Positions 1 through 7,324 of a stretch of 32,306 nucleotides of DNA are shown one piece after another. Every line of letters begins with the position of its first letter. Within the stretch, counting starts at the first letter, position 1. The notes under the pieces were generated by a model. That model was not told where the DNA came from. It did not search any database and saw only the letters and a list, made by a program, of their open reading frames with translations. The stretch comes from Deltaproteobacteria bacterium (GTDB taxonomy: Bacteria; CG2-30-53-67): NCBI GenBank assembly GCA_013151235.1, contig JAADIO010000026.1:1-32306 (forward strand). The letters run 5' to 3'. A program made the position numbers and the translations under genes.

Positions 1-271
1 CTGCGTGTTCCAGCGCTTCGATCGTCCGGGTATCCGCCCCCTTTGCGGCTTCTGCCCTTTCGTTATGGGAAAACTCCAGGTTGGTCCCGTCTAGGGGGAA
101 TCCGTCGAATTTCCGGGTGAGGTCGAAAAGAGCAGCGTCCCCTTCCCGGCTGACCCGGTCGAGGATCTTCTGTACGGTATCGAGGACCTGCGGCGGAATC
201 TCTCCACCCCGCCGTCGAAAGCGCCGAAGTTCCTCGTCGAATCCGGCGGCGGTTGCATCAAGTTTCTTCAT
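1..271 (-). CDS. hisD: Histidinol dehydrogenase, N-terminal part (runs off the window start)
   Basis: Manual translation from ATG at 271: MKKLDATAAGFDEELRRFRRRGGEIPPQVLDTVQKILDRVSREGDAALFDLTRKFDG..., matching the HisD N-terminal 'V..IL..V...GD.AL..LT.KFD' pattern. Not in the ORF track because it is truncated. Confidence 0.8.
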   Translation of the reverse strand, partial: MKKLDATAAGFDEELRRFRRRGGEIPPQVLDTVQKILDRVSREGDAALFDLTRKFDGFPLDGTNLEFSHNERAEAAKGADTRTIEALEHA

Positions 272-304
272 CTTGGAATAGGGTCCTTTCGCTTCAGATG
301 AGTT

Positions 305-483
305 GATGGTGTCGTAAAAAGTCACGAAGCCCTTCGACCCTTCGGCCGGCTCAGGACAGGCGTACTCAGGGCGAACGGTGTAAGTTATTGATATTCTGTT
401 CGTGTGGTTCGACCGGCTCACCATGCTCGGTAGCTTGTCGAACCATGAACGGAACCCGGAAAACGACTTTTTACGAGTTCATC
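305..483. mobile_element. MITE copy 1 (179 bp, non-autonomous)
   Basis: Ends GATGGTGTCGTAAAAAGTC ... GACTTTTTACGAGTTCATC; ATGAGTT is duplicated at 298-304 and 484-490; interior shared with copy 3. Confidence 0.88.
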
Positions 484-1355
484 ATGAGTTGATAACCTTT
501 CAATACATCCGTCAGCTTCTCCCGTGTCCCCTCTCCCATCGGGCAGAGGGGGAGCCGGAAGGTCTCTTCGCATTTCCCCATCAGGTGCAGGGCGGTCTTG
601 ACCGGCAGGGGGTTGGTCTCCAGGAACATGGCCCCCGTGAGATCGAGAAGTTTGTAGTGAAGCTTCCGGGCGGTATTGAGATCCCCCCGGAAGAAGGCGC
701 TCACCATCTCCGACATATCCTTCGGCGCCGTATTGGCGACGACGGAGATGACCCCTCGTCCGCCGATGGCGAGGGTCGGCAGGACGGTGAAGTCGTCCCC
801 CGAGAGGACGAGAAACCCCTCCGGGCTCTGATCGATGATCCGGCTGATCTGGTGCAGATCGGCCGAGGCCTCCTTGATACCGATAATCTCCCCGATCTTT
901 GAAAGACGCGCCACCGTCTCGGGCAGGATGTTCAGTGAGGTTCTCCCCGGCACGTTATAGAGGACGAGGGGGAAGGCGGTCTCTTCAGCGATTTTCCTGT
1001 AGTGCTGATAGATCCCCTCCTGGCTGGGCTTGTTGTAGTAGGGGGAGATGAGCAGCGCCCCGTCGGCGCCGGCCTTCTTCGCCGCCCGGGTCAGGTCGAT
1101 CGTCTCCGCCGTGGAGTTGGAACCGGTTCCCGCCAGGACCGGAACCCGTCCGTTGACCGCTTCCACGGTGATCCGGATCACCTCCTTGTGTTCCTCGTGG
1201 GTCAGGGTGGCCGACTCACCGGTGGTGCCGCAGGGGACGATCCCGTTGACCCCGTTCTCGATGAGAAAGGTGATCAGGCCGCGCAGGGCCTTTTCGTCGA
1301 TTGAACCGTCTTGCCGAAAGGGGGTGATGATTGCAGGGAGTGTGCCGTGAAACAT
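471..1355 (-). CDS. dapA: 4-hydroxy-tetrahydrodipicolinate synthase
   Basis: GTTGES, PYYNKP, LYNVPGRT and GIKEAS motifs; AAGGAG RBS. The stop codon lies inside the MITE end. Confidence 0.97.
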   Translation of the reverse strand: MFHGTLPAIITPFRQDGSIDEKALRGLITFLIENGVNGIVPCGTTGESATLTHEEHKEVIRITVEAVNGRVPVLAGTGSNSTAETIDLTRAAKKAGADGALLISPYYNKPSQEGIYQHYRKIAEETAFPLVLYNVPGRTSLNILPETVARLSKIGEIIGIKEASADLHQISRIIDQSPEGFLVLSGDDFTVLPTLAIGGRGVISVVANTAPKDMSEMVSAFFRGDLNTARKLHYKLLDLTGAMFLETNPLPVKTALHLMGKCEETFRLPLCPMGEGTREKLTDVLKGYQLMMNS

Positions 1356-1379
1356 CTCTTCTCCTTTGTGATAAAAACT

Positions 1380-1805
1380 TTACGATTCTTTCAGGGTAAC
1401 CCGGATCCCTCCGATCCCCCAGGCGAAAAGGTTGTACGTTGATGCGGCGCAGAAACCGAGAAAGGCCCCGATCAGGCCGTAGAGCATCGGGATCAGGACC
1501 AGCGCGCCGATCCAGGGGATGGAGCCGAAGAGGAGAAGCCGGCTTTCGGGAAGGAGCGAAAGACCGGCCGCGCCTACGGCGGCGAACAAAATACCAAAGA
1601 CCAGGCCGATGACGGCATGAATCATGAAAGCAAATTTCACCAGGGACCAGACCCCGACCCGTTGAATCTCCGCAACGTGAAACGAAGCGGGAGGCGGAGG
1701 GACGGTCTTTCTCTCCGGTTCTGCTGCTCCGCAGTAGGCACAGTAAAGGGCCTTTGGTAACATCTCTTTTCCGCAGGCGGCGCAGTAGGCGGTTGGATCG
1801 GACAT
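1380..1805 (-). CDS. Zinc-ribbon (CxxC...CxxC) membrane protein, DUF3566-like C-terminus
   Basis: N-terminal CAACG...YCAYCG followed by two long hydrophobic segments; GAGGAG RBS; co-oriented between dapF and dapA. Confidence 0.7.
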   Translation of the reverse strand: MSDPTAYCAACGKEMLPKALYCAYCGAAEPERKTVPPPPASFHVAEIQRVGVWSLVKFAFMIHAVIGLVFGILFAAVGAAGLSLLPESRLLLFGSIPWIGALVLIPMLYGLIGAFLGFCAASTYNLFAWGIGGIRVTLKES

Positions 1806-1869
1806 TTCAGTTCTCTCCTCGCTCCCCCTTTTACGAAAGAGAGGAACAGATTTGCGTTACATTTCTTCT

Positions 1870-2697
1870 CTATCGTCGGATTTCAATGATTCCCCTAAAG
1901 ACCTCTTCCGCCGGGCCGGTGAGGATCACCCGGTTGTCTTCTCTCCAGTCGATCCGCAGCGTGCCGCCGGCGAGGTGTACCCGAACCTTCCTGCCTGTCC
2001 ATCCGTTCAGGACGGCGGCCACCGTTGCGGCACAGGCGCCGGTCCCGCAGGAAAGGGTCTCCCCCGTTCCCCGTTCCCAGACCCGCATCTTCAGCTCCCG
2101 GTCGTTGATCACCTGGACGAATTCTACATTTGTTCGGTTCGGAAACAGGGGATCGGTCTCGATGCAGGGACCGACCTTTTCCACCGGAAACTGTTCCAGG
2201 TCGTCCACACCGATGATGCAGTGGGGATTTCCCATGGAGACACAGGTGATTTTCCATTCCTTTCCGGAAAACTCCACCGGTTGTGAGATGACCCTGCTTT
2301 CCATGCGGACGGGAATTTGTGGACCGTCGAGGATCGGCTCGCCCATGTCGACGTCGACTTCCTTTTCCCGGATCACCGGGGTCATGATTCCTGCTGCGGT
2401 TTCCACGGTGAGGGTTTCTTTCGTTGTAAGATTGCGCTCCTTGAGGTATTTTGCAAAGCAGCGGATCCCGTTGCCGCACATCTCCACTTCGGAGCCGTCG
2501 GTATTGAAGATCTGCATCCTGAAGTCGGCCGATTCCGAGGGCCGGATCAGAAGAAGCTGATCCGCCCCGATCCCGAACTTCCGGTCACAGAGGCGGCGGG
2601 CCTGTGCAATCACCGGCGCAGGGTCGATGCTGCGGGCATCGATCACAATGAAGTCGTTGCCTGTCCCCTGCATCTTGGTAAAATCGATCTTGAACAC
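1870..2697 (-). CDS. dapF: Diaminopimelate epimerase
   Basis: FTKMQGTGNDF, EMCGNGIRC, SMGNPH and ERGTGETLSCGTG motifs. Confidence 0.97.
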   Translation of the reverse strand: MFKIDFTKMQGTGNDFIVIDARSIDPAPVIAQARRLCDRKFGIGADQLLLIRPSESADFRMQIFNTDGSEVEMCGNGIRCFAKYLKERNLTTKETLTVETAAGIMTPVIREKEVDVDMGEPILDGPQIPVRMESRVISQPVEFSGKEWKITCVSMGNPHCIIGVDDLEQFPVEKVGPCIETDPLFPNRTNVEFVQVINDRELKMRVWERGTGETLSCGTGACAATVAAVLNGWTGRKVRVHLAGGTLRIDWREDNRVILTGPAEEVFRGIIEIRR

Positions 2698-2771
2698 GAT
2701 TTCTCCGGGCCTCCCGAATTCAAAAAACTATCATATTCTCTCCCGGAATCAAAGAGTTTTTGTGCCCGTCC

Positions 2772-3605
2772 TCAGTGCAGACACCGGGAAAGTTTGGCGA
2801 ATTCCTTGATGGAGAGGGTCTCGGCCCTTCTCCGGGGGTCGATCCCTGATGCGGCAAAAGCGGTATCGAGTTGTTCCGGGGAAAAGGAGCCGGCGCCGAG
2901 GAGAGAATTCCGAAGGGTTTTTCGCCGTCGGGCAAAGGCCGCACGTACAAAGCAAAAGAACCGCTCTGGGTCGGAAACCGCAACCGGGGGCTCTTTATGC
3001 CGGGTGAGGCGGAGCAGAGCGGAATCGACCTCCGGCACAGGGTAGAAAGCGGTTCTCGGGACGGCGTATACGATTTCCGCCGCCATATAATACTGAACGG
3101 CGATACTGAGGGATCCGTATTTTTTTGTTCCCGGTCCTGCGGCAATCCGTTCGGCTACCTCTTTCTGAAGCATCACCAGGATCAGGGAAAAACGCCGGAT
3201 CGACCGGAGCAGGTGCATCAGGATCGGGGTGGAGATATAGTAAGGAAGGTTGGCGATGACCTTCACTCCGGTTTCGGGGAGATCCCCCATATCGTATTTC
3301 AGGATGTTCTGATGAAGAAGGTTGAGATTTTTCCGGTCTTTGAAACGTTCGGCCAGGTAGGCGTAAAGGGCGGGGTCGATTTCCAATGCGATGACCTTTC
3401 CCGCCGAACGGGTCAGCGGGTCCGTTAAAATACCGGAACCCGCTCCGATTTCCAGAACCACGTCATCGGGCTGCACCGATGCCCGTGAGAGAATTTCGTG
3501 AAGGATTTCTTCTTCCCGGAGAAAATTCTGCCCCAGTCTTTTGTTGATGCGGAAGTGGAGTTGGCGAAGTTTTTTCGGGATTTTCATCATGAAATAACGT
3601 AACAT
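2772..3605 (-). CDS. rsmA: 16S rRNA m6(2)A1518/1519 dimethyltransferase (start may be 3590 or 3587)
   Basis: KRLGQNFL, VLEIGAGSG, ANLPYYIST, QKEVAERI and RRKTLRN motifs. Confidence 0.96.
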   Translation of the reverse strand: MLRYFMMKIPKKLRQLHFRINKRLGQNFLREEEILHEILSRASVQPDDVVLEIGAGSGILTDPLTRSAGKVIALEIDPALYAYLAERFKDRKNLNLLHQNILKYDMGDLPETGVKVIANLPYYISTPILMHLLRSIRRFSLILVMLQKEVAERIAAGPGTKKYGSLSIAVQYYMAAEIVYAVPRTAFYPVPEVDSALLRLTRHKEPPVAVSDPERFFCFVRAAFARRRKTLRNSLLGAGSFSPEQLDTAFAASGIDPRRRAETLSIKEFAKLSRCLH

Positions 3606-3675
3606 CTTCCCGATGAGGAGTCCAGTTTCATTCGTGAGCGGGAATCTCGTTCATGTAATTACGGATCGTTTTGTA

Positions 3676-3706
3676 TTGACAATAACTTCGTGGATCTGGT
3701 TATAAT
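3676..3706 (+). promoter_or_regulatory. Candidate sigma70 promoter for the histidine kinase (19-bp spacer)
   Basis: TTGACA at 3676-3681 and TATAAT at 3701-3706, 38 nt before ATG 3745. The spacer is longer than the optimal 17 bp. Confidence 0.45.
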
Positions 3707-3744
3707 AAAAGCATCACATCGCTCATCCACTCGGCCTGTTTACC

Positions 3745-4905
3745 ATGAAAAAATCAATCCGGATACTGATTATTCATTCCGATCCCGATATTTCGGAAAG
3801 TATTGCGCAGATGCTTGCCGGTGAAGGGTATGAGGTTCGGGACTGTCTGGAGAGTGACTGTGCCGTTGCCCTTCTTAAAAAGGATCTGTACCATTTTGTT
3901 CTGGTGAGTACGACCCTTCCTGAGGAGGTCCAGCTTCCGTTGATGGATTTTATTAAAAAATATTGCCCCGACACGATGACCATTCCGATCTCTTGGCATG
4001 CCGTGTTGAAATCGGCCGTGGAGGCCCTCCATACGGCGCCTCCGGATATCGGCAGCGGCAGTGTCAAGGCAATGAAGATGACGATCGAGCGGCTCTCCAG
4101 AACAATTCTGCGGCGGAACAGCGAAACGGAAAGCCGGAAAAAGGCGATGATCATGGCTCAGGACCTGCAGGAATCGAACCTGCGGCTCATGGAACTGGAC
4201 CGGAAAAAGACCAGCTGTCTTGCCGTGGCCACGCATGAAATGCGGACGCCCCTGACGATTATCAGCGGGTACATGCGGATGTTAATGGATGAATCATTCG
4301 GTCCTTTGAACGAAAAGCAGATTCACCTGATACAGGAGTCGAGGAATAATTGCGAGCGTCTTCTCGATCTGGTGAATTCCATGCTTGATCGTTGCCGGCT
4401 GGAGTCCGGGAGCATGGAGTATGACTTGCAGGAGGGGCCCTATCTGGAGTTGATTCACCGGGTGATGGGGCGAATGCAGCACTATATCGAAAAAAACGGT
4501 CTTTCGGTTCAGCTGGATCTTCCGGAGGAGGAGATTCGGATTCCCATTGACGAGAATGCCATTGAGCAAGCCCTGGTTAATCTTGTAACGAATGCCGTAA
4601 AGTTCACGACGGCACCTGGTGAGATTATCCTCCGCTGCCGCCTGCGTCCGGACGGTGTCTTGACGCAGGTGATCGATTCCGGGGTGGGGATTGACCCGGG
4701 TGAAATCGATCAGGTCTTCAACGAGTTTAACAAGGTCGGAAATAAGTATGGTGCGAAAAAAGGAGCCGGTCTGGGGCTTTCCATCTGCAAGAAGATTATT
4801 ACCTTGCATCGTGGCGAGATCTGGGTGGAGAGCGAACCTGGAAAAGGGAGTTGCTTTTTCTTTCTGCTTCCTCTGGGGGCAACGAACCGGGCATCTCGAA
4901 AGTAA
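3745..4905 (+). CDS. Cytoplasmic histidine kinase with a degenerate N-terminal receiver domain
   Basis: H-box THEMRTPL, N-box NLVTNAVKFT, G1 DSGVGI, G2 GAGLGLSI; REC-like N-terminus; no obvious transmembrane helix. Confidence 0.9.
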   Translation: MKKSIRILIIHSDPDISESIAQMLAGEGYEVRDCLESDCAVALLKKDLYHFVLVSTTLPEEVQLPLMDFIKKYCPDTMTIPISWHAVLKSAVEALHTAPPDIGSGSVKAMKMTIERLSRTILRRNSETESRKKAMIMAQDLQESNLRLMELDRKKTSCLAVATHEMRTPLTIISGYMRMLMDESFGPLNEKQIHLIQESRNNCERLLDLVNSMLDRCRLESGSMEYDLQEGPYLELIHRVMGRMQHYIEKNGLSVQLDLPEEEIRIPIDENAIEQALVNLVTNAVKFTTAPGEIILRCRLRPDGVLTQVIDSGVGIDPGEIDQVFNEFNKVGNKYGAKKGAGLGLSICKKIITLHRGEIWVESEPGKGSCFFFLLPLGATNRASRK

Positions 4906-4931
4906 TGGTTGTTTAGAAAGTTTGCACATTA

Positions 4932-4987
4932 GGAAATTAAATTCTCTTTTTGGGAAAATATTTTCCATAATTGGGAAAATATTTTCC
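4932..4987. promoter_or_regulatory. Helically phased palindromic operator array
   Basis: GGAAAATATTTTCC at 4953-4966 and 4974-4987, plus a 10/14 match at 4932-4945, all at a 21-bp period. Confidence 0.65.
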
Positions 4988-5094
4988 TTTTTTTTTGTGG
5001 AGCGGAATTTTTTTCTACATGGGAGCAAAAATTTCGCTTGTTTTTCACAGAGTTAACATTTGTCAACTTTTATATTTTTTGTTACTTGAGTTTG

Positions 5095-5103
5095 TGTTAC
5101 AAT
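5095..5103 (+). promoter_or_regulatory. Candidate extended -10 element (TGnTACAAT)
   Basis: TGTTACAAT in the AT-rich region upstream of the activator gene, overlapped by the dyad TGTTA-CAA-TAACA (5095-5107). Confidence 0.3.
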
Positions 5104-5177
5104 AACAAGATAAATGCTGTTATGACTTTGGTTTCTTCGGTAGGTTTTTTGTGATTCCTACTTAATAGATAGGGAAG

Positions 5178-6641
5178 ATGTTAATGATCGAGGATACCCG
5201 CATTCTGATCATCGATGATGAGATCGAAATCTGTAATTATCTGAAGACCCTGGTTTCCCAGTTCGGATTCCATGCCGACTTCGCGACAAACGGTCGAGAG
5301 GGGCTGAAGATGATTCAACGGGAAAAGCCGGACCTTGTGATTCTCGATGTCGTCATGCCCGGGATGGACGGGATCGAGGTTCTCAAGAAGATCAAAGAGA
5401 ACGGCATCGATACGAGTGTCATCATGCTTTCCGGTCATCGTCAGACGAGTACCGTCGTCGGGGCGATGAAGTTCGGCGCCGCCGACTTTCTAAACAAGCC
5501 TTTCGATCCTGATGAATTAGAGATTACCATCAACAAGGTGTTGGAAAAACGGGAACTCATCTCGGAGGTCAAACGGCTCAAAAAACAGGTGAACGACCAG
5601 ACCGGCGGCCAGATCCTTTTCGGTAACAGTGAGAAGATGGCGGCCATCAAGGAGGTTATCGATCAGGTGGCGGATACCGACATCACCGTCCTCATCCGGG
5701 GAGAAAGCGGTACCGGCAAGGGGTTGATCGCCCGTTTTCTCTATATGAATTCCACCCGTCAGGATCAGCACTTTGTCAAGGTAAATTGTGCGGCTCTGCC
5801 GGACGAACTGCTGGAGAGCGAACTCTTCGGTTATGAACGGGGGGCTTTTACGGGGGCTCACAAGAAAAAACCAGGGAAGTTCGAGTATGCCAATCACGGG
5901 ACGATTTTTCTCGATGAGATCGGGGAAATCCATCCTTCCCTGCAGGCGAAACTGCTCCAGGTCCTGCAGGATGGAGAATTCTCGCCCCTTGGGAGCGAGC
6001 GGGATGTACGGGTCGATTCGCGGGTGATCGCCGCAACGAACCGGGACCTGGAGGCAGAGGTTGCCAACGGGAAATTTCGGGAGGACCTTTATTTTCGTCT
6101 GAACGTCGTATCGATCCTGGTCCCTCCGTTGCGTGAACGGCTGGAAGAGATCCCTGTTTTGACGGAACATTTCCTGCAGAAGTATAATCTTAAATATAAC
6201 AAGTCTTGTCGGAATATTTCCAGCGAGACCCTGGATCGCTTCATGCGCTACGATTGGCCCGGCAACGTCCGGGAATTAGAGAATATGATCAAGCGGGTGG
6301 TGGTTCTCGGTAGCGAAAAACCGATTCTGACGGAATTCCGCCTGAAGGAAGAAGAGGGTCATGCAGCGGATCTTTCGGGAGACACGGCGTTGTATTCGGC
6401 GGGATCGGCAGCGCAGCGCCCCCAATCCTTTCTCGATGCTCTCCTGAACGGACAGGAGGAATATACACTGCGGGATGTCAGCAAGATCGCTTCAAAGAAG
6501 GCGGAGAAGGCATTGATTGAGCGGGTTCTCAAACAGACGAACTGGAATCGGAAAAAGACGGCGGAGATCCTGAAGGTCAGCTATAAGGCCTTGCTTTATA
6601 AGATTAAAGAGAATAAAATAGACAAATTTAACTCGTTATGA
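5178..6641 (+). CDS. Sigma54-dependent response regulator (NtrC/AtoC family: REC-AAA+-Fis HTH)
   Basis: IIDDE...LDVVMP...NKP receiver, GESGTGK, ESELFG, GAFTGA, WPGNVREL and a C-terminal HTH. Confidence 0.96.
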   Translation: MLMIEDTRILIIDDEIEICNYLKTLVSQFGFHADFATNGREGLKMIQREKPDLVILDVVMPGMDGIEVLKKIKENGIDTSVIMLSGHRQTSTVVGAMKFGAADFLNKPFDPDELEITINKVLEKRELISEVKRLKKQVNDQTGGQILFGNSEKMAAIKEVIDQVADTDITVLIRGESGTGKGLIARFLYMNSTRQDQHFVKVNCAALPDELLESELFGYERGAFTGAHKKKPGKFEYANHGTIFLDEIGEIHPSLQAKLLQVLQDGEFSPLGSERDVRVDSRVIAATNRDLEAEVANGKFREDLYFRLNVVSILVPPLRERLEEIPVLTEHFLQKYNLKYNKSCRNISSETLDRFMRYDWPGNVRELENMIKRVVVLGSEKPILTEFRLKEEEGHAADLSGDTALYSAGSAAQRPQSFLDALLNGQEEYTLRDVSKIASKKAEKALIERVLKQTNWNRKKTAEILKVSYKALLYKIKENKIDKFNSL

Positions 6642-6688
6642 TTAGGTCGATTTTTGTTGTGGGAGCCTGCACAAAAGGAGGAAGAGTC

Positions 6689-7276
6689 ATGAAACGGATT
6701 CTGCTGTTGCTGATGGCCTGCGGGTTGGGGATCTGGGGATGTGCAACGACGGGGAGGACGCCGAAGGCCCCGACGGATCAACAGGCGGCGGTCACCGCTC
6801 CCGAGGAATATATCATCGGTCCGGAAGATATCCTTGTGATCTCCGTCTGGAAGGATGATACCCTGACGACGGAGGCGGTGGTTCGTTCCGACGGGAAGAT
6901 CTCCGTTCCGTTGATCAATGACGTTCAGGCAAGCGGGCTGACCGTTTTGCAGTTGAAGGATGAGATTACCAAACGCCTCAAGGAATTTGTCCCCGGTGTG
7001 GATGTGACGGTCATCGTTAAACAGATGAACAGCAACAAGGTCTACATCCAGGGGGAGGTGACCCGGCCCGGTCCCCAGGATTTCAACGGGGAGTTGACGG
7101 TCATCCAGGCCCTGGCACTGGCGGGGGGGTTGACCCCCTATGCGAAAGGAAGTTCGATCATTATTCTCCGGGCCGATGGGCAAAAGCGCCTGTTTAACTA
7201 CAACCAGGTCATCAAGGGGAAAAACCTGAAACAGAACATCCGGCTGCGGCGGGGAGATACGATCATTATACCTTAA
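6689..7276 (+). CDS. Polysaccharide export lipoprotein (short Wza/OPX-like)
   Basis: AGGAGG RBS before ATG 6689; lipobox IWG-C; YIIGPEDIL, VRSDGKISVPLI and LRRGDTII motifs. Confidence 0.92.
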   Translation: MKRILLLLMACGLGIWGCATTGRTPKAPTDQQAAVTAPEEYIIGPEDILVISVWKDDTLTTEAVVRSDGKISVPLINDVQASGLTVLQLKDEITKRLKEFVPGVDVTVIVKQMNSNKVYIQGEVTRPGPQDFNGELTVIQALALAGGLTPYAKGSSIIILRADGQKRLFNYNQVIKGKNLKQNIRLRRGDTIIIP

Positions 7277-7324
7277 TGACAGGGACTGCCTGTTAACGGC
7301 TCGCTCAATGTAGAGGAATAAAGA

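Noticed and set aside
81-281. 66-aa plus-strand ORF
   Set aside because: It is the antisense shadow of the hisD N-terminus.
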